Below are positions 14,450 to 27,617 of a stretch of 64,000 bases of DNA, one piece after another (position 1 is the stretch's first letter; each line of letters opens with the position of its first letter). The stretch spans positions 868,001-932,000 of the forward strand of contig OX597824.1 in NCBI GenBank assembly GCA_951406725.2, written 5' to 3'. The position numbers were made by a program, and so were the translations under genes. The notes beneath the pieces are model-generated. The model was not told the origin of the DNA and did not search any database. It saw nothing but the letters and a program-made list of their open reading frames with translations. The stretch is from Octopus vulgaris (Eukaryota).

Positions 14450-14507
<58 letters not shown>

Positions 14508-14567
14508 CCGCGTGTGTATCGTTGGGCGATTTTGTTCCTCCGTCTTCCTTTCCTTTGGACTTTCCTC

Positions 14568-14604
14568 TAGTTCTGACGAAGAGCATGGCTCGAAACGTCA
14601 AATT
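14568..14604 (+). ncRNA. Minimal hammerhead ribozyme motif (Penelope pLTR type)
   Basis: CTGACGA-A-GAGC(ATG)GCTC-GAAA-CGTC: canonical core, 4-bp stem II, palindromic ACGT stem III, GUC site; stem I is weak. Confidence 0.65.
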
Positions 14605-14695
14605 CTCTTTTTCCTAAGCGTCTGATAATACGTATCTAAATTTATCTAAGTTTGTGCATATATAAATATGGAGACGAGAGATGACACAAGGATAC

Positions 14696-14768
<73 letters not shown>

Positions 14769-14771
<3 letters not shown>

Positions 14772-14935
14772 GACGGGTTTCTTTCAGTTTCTGTCTACCA
14801 AATCCATTCACAAGGCTTAGGTCGGCCCGAGTTTATAGTTGAAGATACTTGCCGAAAGTGCCAGGCAGTGGGACTGAACCCCAGAACAATGTGGTTGGGA
14901 AGCAAGTTACTTACTACACTGCCACTCCTGCGCCT
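14769..14935 (-). mobile_element. SINE family B, 5' half
   Basis: Reverse complement of the tRNA-like head seen at 35233. Confidence 0.75.
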
Positions 14936-15968
14936 CTCCACACATCCACCTCTGCGCCTATATATATATGCACACACACGCATTGGTGTCACGGTCGATA
15001 GCAGGCTTAAACAACATAAGTGGAAACCCTATCTTGCTCTGCACCAGTAGAGTGTTGTCACTTCCGCAGGATAAGTTTACGTTATTATTAATCAGACAGT
15101 TATTGGAGTGAAATCTTGGTAGACTATATTTCATATTTACATTTGAAAGTATCATCTCCGAAAAAATGTGGGGAGATTAGGAGAATATATTTGGGCATAG
15201 TAGGAAAATAAATCTTTCTCTAGCAAAACATTGCAAACATCCGAAAAAAAAACTTTATACATTTGTATGGGTGCGTGAATGCATGTATGTATGTATGTAT
15301 GTATGTATGTATGTATGTATGTATGTATGTATGTATGTATGTATGTATGTATGTGTGTGTGTGTATATATATATCATAAGGGTACACAAAGTCGCCTACC
15401 TGCTAGAAAGAGAAGTTAAGGCCTTTACACCACTAATAAGCTACTTGCCTGACCGTTGTTGACTTCAAACATCCATACATTCCCCTCATGCGCCACACCA
15501 ACACCATTTAACCTCTTACGTCCTCTTGATTCCGCTTTCCACTAAAATACTTTTTCTCTCCAACTTCCGCCGGCCATTCTCTATCGTTCTTGCAGTATGT
15601 ATCCATATTATTTAACTCTCTCTTTGGACTTTTCCAATCTTATCGGACTTTTAATCTCATTCAAAAAGTTGCCATTTGTCCCATATTGGATTTTGAATTT
15701 CTTAAACTTTCAGAAAAATTTTTCAATCTTTGATTCACAACCTCATGCCTAAGAAGATCTCTTTCACTGCTATTCTTTACATAAATGTACGGGGACAAAT
15801 AGTTCCATTCCCCATGCATACACCATCCGACACAGCTATACACCATGAATAGCTCAAACGCACGTGTTATATACGTGCATTCACATCAGCCATCGGCACA
15901 AATATACACACGCTGACTTTACCTTAAATTTCACGAACCAACAGCACAATATTTATAAACCTACAACT

Positions 15969-16029
<61 letters not shown>

Positions 16030-16909
16030 TAGTTTTGTATTAGTATATTTTTGTTTAAAAATTTAAATGAAAGATAACTCAAGCGTATTTGAACCTGTAT
16101 GAAATTCTGAAATTCTTCATGTGATACATTAACCGTTATTCACGCATTGCAGACCCACTTAATAGACTACTTAGTTATATGGAATAAATGATTGCAGCAT
16201 CAACATCATCAACATCATCAGCATCATCATCATTAACAACAACAACAACAAACGGTTTGAAAGAATATTAAAAAGTAATGTAAAATCGAGACATTACAAA
16301 TTGTGATACACGCAAGAGAAAGGAAATATTTCTTACGGCCATATTATAACTGGATTTTATGAAATCAAATTACTTTTTTGCGTTACTTTTAATTAAAGAG
16401 AAGTTTTATAAAGCAGTTCTTTATATAAAGTTTCTTGTGAGGTTATATTAAATTTATTAAACTTTGCATTCTTATTTGGCAATAGGTTCTAAATCTTTAA
16501 AAATCTTTTCTTTTTAAATTTTCTTAACATTTGTCGCTCCTGTGAGTCTTAAAATGTGCCAAGTGTGTTTAGATTGTATCATTTGAAGTTAAGAATAATG
16601 TTTAAAGCGCTAGAAACAGATAGAAAAATATTGAAAATGGATGCGTTATTGTATCCATCAAAAACTGAAACTAAAATTCCATGAATCATTTGATGGACAG
16701 CACCAGAAAGGGAACAGTTTATAGGATTCAGAAAATATGATAATTTATATGCCGTTAGGATGTATCCGTTTGTAATTTCTTCATCCACTGTGACTATAAT
16801 AATTTTGCACTGTCGACGCATGTCAACAATATAAAGGGACATAACCCAATAGTCTAAGCCAACTGCGTTAATCCAGTTCTCCGTAAAAGAGAAAAAAATG
16901 TAACGATTC

Positions 16910-17112
16910 TTTCTATATTTTGCATATGGCCAGCAAATTTGAAGGTGGTGGTAGGCAAGCCGATTACATCGATCCAGTACTTGACAGGCACATTGTTTTT
17001 AACGTCCCTGAAAGGATGAGAGACAAAGTTGATCTCAGCGGGATTAGAACTCAGAGAAGAAATGCTAAGCGTTTTGCTCGGCGCGCCAACGGTTGTGTTA
17101 GATCGCCGCCTT
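16910..17112 (-). mobile_element. SINE family A, diverged
   Basis: aaagttgatctcagcgggattagaactcaga...atgctaagc...tcgccgcc. Confidence 0.6.
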
Positions 17113-17144
<32 letters not shown>

Positions 17145-17179
17145 AAACAGTTTCTGATTTTAAAATCTTTGTCTGCATC

Positions 17180-19080
17180 ACGTCACTCGTGGACTTCGAC
17201 TCCAACTCAAGAGGTTGCGCGAGATGGGGTTGTGTGTATTATCTCCGAGCGATTGCACAGTTTTGTGACCTGCATAAGTTCACGGATATGCCCCATGAGG
17301 GCCTGAACGTTCCCTCGGGGTTATAGACAAAAAACACAGTGACAGTGCTTTTCGACGAAAATAGGGGTCTGTTCGGCCAGAACAGTGGCTTGAAAATTTT
17401 AGACATCTTTGATTGATTGGTTTGACGGACGGGCGGCAAAGATCTATACAGTGGCTTGTTTAATATGTAGTCAGCATAAGAAATGCTAAACGCCTTGCGC
17501 GAAGGTGAAGTGTATGTGCCATGAAGTGGTCATTGTTGAGCTACCGTAAGATGTCAGCATTCAGAGCCGTTGAGCAGAATAGATTCTATTGTTGCACGAA
17601 ACAGGCGTAATTAGGTCACGTGATAGTTGGGGTACTCTCTAAAGTTTCCATAGCTCGACGGATGCACACTATCTTATCGCTTTACTAATGTTAACATCTC
17701 AGCTAGTTGGGCGAATACGACAGCCCAGGTAACAGAGATCGGCAACTGTCACAAGGGACCTCGATGAAAGTCTAAGATCACCCACACCAGAATTTTTCAC
17801 CAACGATTATAGTTTTTGTCTTTGAACGATTTCTTGTGAGGCCAACTTTAATGGCAGTCAACATTTATGATTGTATGTGAGACGAGTGTATTGTCATCTG
17901 TGAAGTCGAAGTCAATGAAACACAATGCTGGACGATGCTGGACGACGCGAAACTTTACTTAGATTAGCGACCAGACAAGTTGTTTATGGATTCCCATGCG
18001 GCGGGGATTGCCTGTTGTCATTTGATTCTGTTATGCTGTCGATTTGTTCTTCAGTGTACGCCTCATGGTTTGCAGTGAACTGCTGAACTAAGACTAACGA
18101 CATAGTTACATGTTCCAGCAGTCTGGTTCTTCCGATTTACCTCTTTCGCAGTTGCCAGACTGTTCCGGGTTTCCAGAACTTTGGCATCCTCCCAATGAGT
18201 TTTCGTCTTTGAGAAACGTACAGTAAGGACATGTTGCTTTGCAGCGTACGCAACAAACTTCGAGGATGTGGTGCATTCCTCCAAGTGGTCAGAAGGTTCT
18301 ACATTGCGTTTGGCGAATCTATTCTTGCACTTTATAACAAAGAATGTGAGTTGGAGAGTGTGGAGCAGATATCACGGGGTGGGGGTTTTGCTCTATGGTT
18401 GATTTGAACGGGGGGACTGACTGTACAGTGGTGATTAGGATCTAACGATCTGCTCCGAATGGAAGAAATGTGTAGGCATTTCAGACTGCAATAGAATTAC
18501 AATGTGGTCAGGTTGTGGCAGTGTTGTTTGTGGGCATTTGTACTTGAAATGCTTGCAGAAGGCTATATTTGTAGAGAAGAAGGCGATCACTGATAGTCTG
18601 AAAGGTTATCAAACTTCCCATTGTGTCTGTCCATGCATTTTGTGGTGAGGTATGTTCACGTGCCTTCCAGTCACCCAGGTCTGCTACGAACCTGTTTCGT
18701 CAATCGGTATCAATGGCTCACTGTATGTCATCCTAGAAGTTATTTAAGTCATCTTCTTTCGCTGTATTAATTGGTGAGTAGCAAAGCTTTTAGGCCATGA
18801 CTTCTGGGATTTCTTACTAATGGGAAATGTGGAAACGAGTCCTCACTAAGAGGTAGATGGAGGATTCTAGGGACGTAGACAAGGGAGCTAACTAAGAAAC
18901 TAATGACTATTACCAGTCGCACAGTGTATCAGCTTCCATCTCTTGGCTGTATCCAGGTCTCAGGCTTTCTCCTCGTATCTAAATTTACATTCTTGAATAC
19001 CAACTTCTGAAATGCCAAGTCTGTCTGTCTTTGCAGTCACTTCAGTTTGTCTGCCGAGGATGTTCGGTGGAAGAAGAATG
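17180..19080 (-). mobile_element. Old, internally deleted RTE-clade LINE (APE endonuclease plus C-terminus; most of the RT core missing)
   Basis: Minus-strand remnants LGISEVGIQEC, CYSPINTAKEDDLNNF*DD...LGDWKAR (APE), KTKTHWED, and RLFRATIESILLNGSEC*HLT...LHGTYT...LYRSLP; many stops. Confidence 0.75.
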
Positions 19081-20249
19081 TCCAAAGAGGTCAGAAGGGT
19101 GAGTTGCTTAGGGTTGATCATAAGGTTTTGAATGAATCGAAAGGCCAGTAATTGTGAGGGTGGGGAATAAGTTAGTATTATCGACCTTTGTACTTGTCTA
19201 GTACTTTACTTTATTGACCTCAGAACGATTAAAGGTAAAATTTACCTCGACAGGATTTGAACTCAGATTGTAAAGAGCAAAAATAAATGTTGCAAGGTAT
19301 TTTATCGGACGTTTTAACGATTTGGCCAGCTCAGTAATAATGTCTAACATGGAAAATCCTGTTTCTATGCCAACAATTGATTACGGTGTACTTTGGTAAA
19401 ATCATGAACGTTCACATTCTGAACAATCACTGGCTTAATTCGGCCAAAAGTGAGCAACGATGTTTACGTCTGGAAAGTTCTTCAGCAAACTGCTGACATC
19501 GACAATGCTCTTCTATGGGAAAGATTAGTATTATATGTCGATGTATGAGCGGCATCTTGGTGATGCCAGTCATACACGGGATGCATCTTGGTGCCATTGT
19601 TGCTGCAGACATTGCTGTTAGAACGCAAGATGCCGGAAGAAACACCCTGAAGTCTCTCGTCTCAAACTCTATCAGTTCTGATAAGCTATCACTCTGGATT
19701 GGTGCTTTGTTATTACCCTCAAAAACACGAATGGTGAAATTGGCCGTGGCAGTATTTGAACCCAGAACAAAAAGAGCCGGGAAAAGTGCTGTGAGAAACT
19801 CTATCCAACGTTCTAATGACTCTGTCAAATCCTTAAACATGAAGTCACAACCAAGGCTCTTATATTGATTCCACGCAAGTTTTTCGGCCGTAAACAGTTT
19901 GTCTTTGTAATTTTGTCGATATCAGTTCCATCGTTTTCATTGTTGATGAAAGCTTTTGGGCAATACAGTGCTGTGATATTTATTTTGTAGTTTTCATATT
20001 TATTGAGATATTTTTCATGTGATTTAGCATGAAACACAACATACAGATATTCAATATTGACAAATGCTTTAAAGGAATAATCTAGCATTTACAGATCCTA
20101 ATATTGCTTACTTAAGAAACGTAGTGATATCTATACTTATATATTCAGGTTGTCAACATCTTTGCTGAAAACGCTTTTATATTTTTTCTGTTCTATCATT
20201 CGCAAATGGAACGATAGGCGACATATTTCATACATGCTTTAATGATTTC

Positions 20250-20450
20250 AATCCAATATCGAAACCAGTAATTCCTTAGCTTCTCAGCTCTCTTCTTCAA
20301 GGCATAGTTATCCAGTGCAGTGATGTCAATTATTATAAAACACTTTTTTCATTTTTGTTGTTGTCACTGACAGAAATGTATCTCGGGGTTGCTGCGCTCG
20401 TTGAGAGTCAATTCGTCCGTTTATAATTCTACTGGGAGATTACAATGTCA
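20250..20450 (-). mobile_element. Degenerate RLE endonuclease fragment
   Basis: KKCFIIIDITALDNYALKKRAEKLRNY resembles the KKCFLIDV...KE.EKL.KY motif of the 57059 element. Confidence 0.35.
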
Positions 20451-20689
20451 CATCTAAAAGATGCGGGGACGCATTGGCAAACCCCAAGTATTTCGCCATA
20501 ACTAAAAAAAAGTTGTTATTAATTTTGCTTTGTCATCATATATATCATCTTTCTGTGATGAGGGCGTTAATTGTTCCTGTCGATGTGACTGCCATTGCTT
20601 TGTTGCTATATGGAAAGTGTTATTGCTTCTTCTACAAATACAGGCAACGATTTGTAAGCTTGGAAAGGCATGTATTAATATTTATTCGG

Positions 20690-20950
20690 AAGGTAAGAAC
20701 GCCGGACGAAATGCCACTAAGCATTTCGTCCGGTGTGCTAACGATTCTGACAAATCAGCGCCTTACCTTCCAAATAATGCTTAGAGGGATTTCGTCCGTC
20801 TGCACGTTCTGAGTCCAAAAGCCGCCGAAATCGACTTTGCCTTTCATCCGTTCGGGGTCGATAAAATAAGTACCAGTTAAGTCATTGGGATCGATGTAAT
20901 CAACTCACTCCTCTTCTGAAATTGCTGGCCTTGCGCCAAAATTTGAAACT
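20690..20950 (+). mobile_element. SINE family A with an internal inverted piece
   Basis: gactttgcctttcatccgttcggggtcgataaaataagtaccag; local hairpin ccggacgaaatgc...gcatttcgtccgg at 20702-20733. Confidence 0.65.
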
Positions 20951-21037
20951 TATGCAATACGGGAATACATACATACATACAGAAATACATACATACATAC
21001 ATACATACATACATACATACATACATACATACATACA

Positions 21038-21071
<34 letters not shown>

Positions 21072-21199
21072 CATACACAAACGCACACACATATACATAC
21101 TGACCACCACTGGTGACTTTCACATTAATAGTGATATCGATAGGGTTTCTGTGGGACGAAGTGATGGCGGTAGAGGCATCGGGTCAGTCCAAACAGCCT

Positions 21200-22230
21200 T
21201 TATCTCTCAGACAGTAAAGAAAGAAAAGAGAATATTCCGTTCACACTCACAAAGTGAGAGCAACAACATCTTCAGAATTGGCGAAGAACTCCTGAGCCGT
21301 TACTCTGAGGACACAACTGTCTCATCCGATCCAAAGGAGGCTGGGCTGACCTATCTAAACAGAAGCGTGGAGGAGAAGCATGCATCTTACCAACAAAAAG
21401 GCAATGCATGTGTACATCTCCCGTTAGCTAGAGGGTAACAACAACCTCTCCTGGACCTACAATATTTTCTGTCCGGTGATGGCCACTAAATTCCTGATAA
21501 ACAAGTGAGACGAACATACCACCAAACCTCCACGCTGTGATGAAAAATGTCGGCCCTGCTATACCAGTGTGGAAGATATCACCCACATCATCATCAGCTC
21601 TCCAAAAATGTCTACGAGATGCTACTTTCCCTTGAGGTATGATATAGTTGCGAAGACTATTTACAAGACTATCCGTAGGAAGGACGGCCTTTACGTATAC
21701 ATCAAAGGGGTGTCAGAACCAGCAGGTATCCACCTTCAAAACAGGGAATGCTAATGGAACACTCCAATGAAAACATCAATTTATTGCAAACATAGCAGAC
21801 CTGATATTGTTCTATGGGGCAGGGAACAAAAGCCATGGGCCTTTGTTGAGTTCAGCTGCCCAGCAGATTTTTGGCGAATTAATGCGGAACTTACAACTCT
21901 TCAATTCTCATTTCTATCATCATAAGTGCATTAGGTTATGTACCAACAAATTTGCACAAAAAACTAGAAATACTCGGTTTCAGGGAAAAAGAGCAAAAGG
22001 GCGGATTCACCAAATCCAGTGGCACAATGAAGATCTGTAAGACATTCCAGAAATTCTCCATGTGAGAGTCTTATATGTATAGACGCACATTCTTGGATGT
22101 ATGCATCGACAGTTCAACCAACTCAACCACTTATTTATAAACACCGGGAATTCTCTTAACCCCAAAAGATTCGTTGCTTTGTTAGCAACCGGCCCGATCT
22201 CTCCCAAGAAGGACTTGAATGAAACTCAAA
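21200..22230 (+). mobile_element. Old RLE-type (R4-like) non-LTR element: zinc knuckle, endonuclease region and 3' UTR
   Basis: KCRPCYTSVEDITHIIISSPKMSTRCYFPLRYDIVAKTIY and CKHSRPDI; 3' UTR gttagcaaccggc...cttgaatgaaact resembles that of 22497-23377. Confidence 0.7.
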
Positions 22231-22496
22231 GAAAAATCGTACATACATATATACGTACATACATATATACATACATACGTACCTATTCATCATTTAAATA
22301 TATGTGAGCACGTCTAGATATGCAAGTATATGCATGAGAAGACGCATAAAACAAAACATACAAATATACACGTATACATAAATAATACATGTATACATAT
22401 ATACATACATGCACGCATACATATATACGCACGTACGTACATACGTACATACATACACACATACATACATGCATACATACATACATACATACATAC

Positions 22497-23377
22497 ATTT
22501 GCAATTCAGGAACAAGAAATTTTAACCAAATACCTGATACACAAAAGGGACAGAGATGCAGGAAAGCACCAAAATGTGACAACCGATGCAGACTTTGTGG
22601 AGTTAACACCGAAGATATCACCCACATCATAAGCAGTTTTCTGAAAATGACATCGCGGTATTATCTACCGATGATGCATGATGTTATAGCTAGGACACTG
22701 TATAATGAGATCCGTTGGAAGGGTAACCCCGAGGTCAAAGAAATAAGAACCTACAGTGTGGTAGAAGCCATGGCCACTCATAATAAAAAGGAATACTGGT
22801 AGAATGTACCAGTGAAGTCCTCAACAAAATGTAAGCACAACATGCCTGATACAATGATTTGGGTTAGAGAAGAGAAACTGTGTACAGTTGTGGAAATTAG
22901 CTGCAAAGCCGATGTTAAAATAAAGCTGAAGAACAAGTGGAAAAGAGAACACCTATGGTGAACTATTGAGAAATCTGCAGTTACTCTATTCAGAATACAA
23001 GTTCAGGCTTATACCTGTAATTATTGGGGTCCTGGGATAAGTAACACACTAAATACCAATCTTGAGAAATTAGGCTTCTCAAAACCAGAAAGGAGAAAAC
23101 TAATTCGAAGAGTCCAGATCCAATTCCTCACTGGAACTGAAGAATCTGTGAAACATTCCAGAAGTTTATCATTTAAATATATATGAGCATGTCTAGACAC
23201 GCCAGTATAAGCTTTAGAATAAATACATAAACAAAACATATAAATCTGCGCACATACATACATACATACATACATACATACATACCCTATTGCTGTTGAA
23301 ATTCTAATGAAGGAGTCTTGGATCTTGGTTAGAAACCGGCTCTTTCTCTATTGACAAGAAATCTTGAAATAAACTGA
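22497..23377 (+). mobile_element. 5'-truncated RLE-type (R4-like) non-LTR retrotransposon embedded in (TACA)n/(CA)n
   Basis: FAIQEQEILTKYL, CRLCGVNTEDITHIISS, KCKHNMPDTMIW...VVEISC; frameshift and TAG stop; 3' UTR with internal (CATA)n ending aagaaatcttgaaataaactga. Confidence 0.85.
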
Positions 23378-23383
23378 ATAATG

Positions 23384-23418
<35 letters not shown>

Positions 23419-24343
23419 CATGCATATATAACTCATTTCCGGCTCACAGCTAAACCGGTTTCCCAGTATATAGCTGCTACTTGGTTTACAAACCTTTATT
23501 ATTAAATAAAAGCCAACCTTACTGTTATTTAAACTCAGAACTTTGTGAGAGGAGCATTTGAATGCAATAAAGCTTTCCACTTTGTGACAAATATTAATGA
23601 AACATGAAAATAAAAGATGCTAAAACTCGTTATTGAATACATACAAACGAAAATAATTCTTAGAAATATGAAGTGGAATCGTGAATAGTAATTCCGAAAG
23701 ACAGGTAGCAGTGGAAGCGATCCAAATAAGAAAGGAAATAAAAGGTTATATGAGGCTCAAAATATATTTTCTTTGTTTTCTTCTAATATTCTACCTTATG
23801 TTGTTGTATATCACTAGTAACACTTTAGGTCAAATAAGTATTTTCCCGATATCCCTGTTTGCTTCTCTGGCAAACTATTTCAAAGAAATAGCTTGTCTAT
23901 TGCAAAGTATGAATGTAAAAATCATCCACTGACATGCCAGAAAGAAACTTATCGATCGGCATCGCAAGGGATATTTTCAGAAACAAAGTCTGTTTCCCCT
24001 TTCATTTCAAAATCTTGTTCGTATGATATTTTTTTTTGCTTCTCCTTGCATGTTGGTGACTTGTTAAAGTTTACAACGTTGAAGCTAAGTATTTTAACAA
24101 AGAAAGGAGAAACTTTGTCTTCCATAGAATTTCAGCTGCTGTTACTTACAACTCTGTTGTTTCTGCCAGTTTCAACTTTGTAGTCGTTTTTTTTGTCGGA
24201 TATAATTCTTAAAATTCGCAAGAAGTAATGTAATGGTGAGCTTCGTTGGCGTCACATGAAAAAAACATAAGGTGGAGTGGATTTATTGATATGTAGCTCT
24301 ACTGTAGTGCCAATTGAATATACCTAATAAATGAGAGTGGGGA

Positions 24344-24391
<48 letters not shown>

Positions 24392-26834
24392 GGAGAGAGC
24401 GCATATAAAGGCTTTCTCATTCTGCTCGAAATATCAGTTAAAAATACTGTTCTAAAAGAGATGGATTTGTTAGCTAAACAATAAGTGAAATATATTAATA
24501 AACTTAGATTATTAACTTAACCATGTTTTAGTCAATACTAACGTGAACCAATGTCTAAATTAATAAACACAACCTGCTAAGTTCTTTGGGCTACGATTAG
24601 GACATGTTTTGTATCACTCTAGCCCAGACAGGTATGGACATTTTGTTGGCTGAAACATACCCAGGTAGAGGTGGTTTGTCAAGAATTCCTTGAAGGAATT
24701 TGACCTCGTGTCGTTTAAAGGTCATGGCTGACTTTTCTTTCTTGATTTATTTCAGGATAATGTTAAATAGAGCTGGGTCAATTGAGGTGTGTCACAGTGC
24801 GTTGATATGCCGTGATTCGATTATTGTTAGGGGCACATGGCACGGGGGATCAGCCTTAGGTTAACTTTTAACGTTGAGATTACTTGAGTAATGCATTTAT
24901 CAGAAATGCAATTTTATTGTAATTTTCCTTCTGGCATCCACGCATGCAGTACTGTTACTGTATGAATAACCTTTCCCCCATTAGTTTGTCTTCTCCAAAA
25001 TTACCTTAATTATAAATTTTGATGAATCATATTCTAACTTCATATTAGACTTTATATAATAAATATTTTCGTTAAAAATTTTAATGTTTAATTCATATTC
25101 TAAAACATGATGACTTGTCTGGTTTTGTAAGGAATTTTAATTTAGATTTTAATTTAAATTCAAGATTACATTACTTTATCTCTTGGCTTTCCTCTTTGCT
25201 TTGGTCATAACGCATGCTGTGTTGTATTGAATTGGTAAAGCAACTAGAATACCATACTTTCGATAAACATTTGAGCTATTTATTTCCTTTAAACTAACCC
25301 TAACCCTAAACTCGTTTTGTTTTTTTCTTCTTTCTGGTTGAGTTCTTGATCTGTTACCTTTTCATATTGGAAAGGTACTCATTCAGAATAAAGCAGTTTG
25401 CCCCAGGAACATGACTTTAATCTTTTACTGCTTTCAGCCATTGGATTGAAGCGATACTGGAGTATTTTGCCTTGAACGGTTTGGTCGATGGAATCCATTC
25501 CAGCCCTTGTTTTTCAGCCTGGTACTTGTTCTATCGAAGGACTGTAAGCACTAGCGACTCTCTCAATTCGATACTTCGACGGAACTGTATTGCTTATATT
25601 AATTGCTGTTGTTGTTATTGTTGTTCAGTCCTAAGTTTACTGAGCAGACTTAAGATTAAAGTGTTCCTTCCTCGTCGACCATCTTGCCTTGACATCCACG
25701 AATGGTTCTTTCCTTTCTTCAGAACAACAGAGTAAAATCTGAGAGAAATTGGCTGCTCTTACTAGCAGGTTGAGTGACTGCGTAGAAGATTATTTTGCTT
25801 GCTCCTTTAGTCATCGTTGTTGTTGTTGCTGTTGTGGTAGTGGTGGTAGTAGTGGTCACTGCCTTTATTGTTTAGCCCCAGGAGAGTTCTGTATCTATGA
25901 TCCTTAGAGATTTTAAGGCAGTTTATCTAAAACTACATTATTCAGTATGTTTTTCTCCATGTGCAATTTGAATAAAATTTAGCTGCGACTTCTAGCAACC
26001 AAGTGGTTTGCTGAGTTACTCTATTAAGTTGGCAGGTAATAATATATAGTTGCAGGAATTTTTATCAACTTTTTGTGACATTCATGTAGACAGGTCTCAA
26101 CTTTCACTGAATTTTTCAAAATTAATTAGATATTTCAGATGTGTAAGCAAATGTCAAATGGCAGGACTGCTAGCTGATAGGAATGGAACAGCGATATCTC
26201 GTTGGCACTGAGTGATGGCAGGCAATGCGGAAAACCTCCCAGATCATTAATTAATATATGTAAGGTAATCTTTAGCTTTAACAAGAAATAAGATATACAC
26301 GGATAAGAATAAAACATCGAGCTTTGCAATATTGTGGTTCAACAGCAACGACATATATCGATGTCTATCACAGACTCCGGATTTGAAAAATGGATGAAGC
26401 ATAAGAGTGAAGCTTATGCACGCACGTGCGCGTGCACTGACACACGGACAGACAGACACACACACGCAAACCCCATGTACACCCACAGGTATACTCAGCA
26501 ACTTGGACACACACACACACATACATACAAGCAAACAACAAAAGAATACATATTTATAAAACCCAATGAGGAGCCTGTAAGGAGTGGCTCAAACTGTTAG
26601 AAATAGTAGTCGGGTCTTCATCAAATCATACCACTTTACCGTTTTAAATAGTTTCCTGTTTCTTATTGAAGTTAGTCACGGATGGAAAGCTTTTGTTTAA
26701 ACATCTACTTAGTCAGATCTGACCTGGTGTTAAGCTACATATAAACATGCATACATACCTGCATACATGCATACATATATATAAATATACATATATATAT
26801 ATAATAAATAATATATATATATATACATATATAC

Positions 26835-26886
<52 letters not shown>

Positions 26887-26956
26887 GCATACATGAGTAA
26901 GCTATATCCTGGACAGCTGAAATCTACAAGTTTTCTCTCTGTTTATTTTCTCATAT

Positions 26957-26995
26957 TCTTTTCTGTTGAGGAGCATAGGCTCGAAACGTGAAAGA
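26957..26995 (+). ncRNA. Variant hammerhead motif (CUGUUGA core, GUG site; probably inactive) in a short pLTR-like module
   Basis: tctttt-CTGTTGA-G-GAGC(ATAG)GCTC-GAAA-CGTG-aaaga; homologous to the modules at 33435 and 52010. Confidence 0.5.
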
Positions 26996-27030
26996 CTTTT
27001 TCACTTTCCCGAGCGTCAAACTAATACACC

Positions 27031-27115
27031 GGGCCGACCAATGCCTTGTGAGTGGATTTGGTAGACGGAAACTGAAAGAAGCCTGTCGTATATATGTATA
27101 TATATATATATGTAC

Positions 27116-27165
<50 letters not shown>

Positions 27166-27372
27166 GTGCGTTTGCTTGTGTGTCTGTGTTTGTCCCCCTA
27201 GCATTGCTTGACAACCGATGCTGGCGTGTTTATGTCCCCGTTACTTAGCGGTTCGGCAAAAGAGACCGATAGAATAAGTACTGGGCTTACAAAGAATAAG
27301 CCCCGGGGTCGATTTGCTCGACTAAAGGCGGTGCTCCAGCATGGCTGCAGTCAAATGACTGAAACAAGTAAA
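27031..27372 (+). mobile_element. SINE family B, 5'-truncated
   Basis: Nearly identical to 35323-35620. Confidence 0.85.
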
Positions 27373-27415
27373 AAAAAAAATACATATATATATATATACA
27401 TATATACATACATAA

Positions 27416-27617
27416 TGGCTGCCCCCTCGTTATCGAGTATGGCCATTGCACGAAGCTTAACTGTTACTGGTGCTGTGATCGAATGTGACTTTTTAGCCCA
27501 GCTAAAGATCTACAATGTCTTGTACAGAATTGGCAGGTAAAACCTTCACCGGTAATAGCCGGCTGTAGTTGTAACTGGGCTTCATGTACCTTTGCATGTC
27601 GTTTAAGTCCTCCTGCC
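27416..27617 (-). mobile_element. 3' tip of an RTE-like LINE with a C-terminal C2H2-like finger
   Basis: Minus strand AGGLKRHAKVH...GFTCQFCTRHCRSLAGLKSHIRSQHQ*, then a short UTR ending at a TA-rich tract. Confidence 0.6.

Noticed and set aside
19427-19868. Overlapping 137-aa and 117-aa ORFs
   Set aside because: No recognisable domain; part overlaps a decayed SINE-like segment
25295-25308. Interstitial telomeric repeat (CCCTAA)
   Set aside because: Only about two units; not distinguishable from chance
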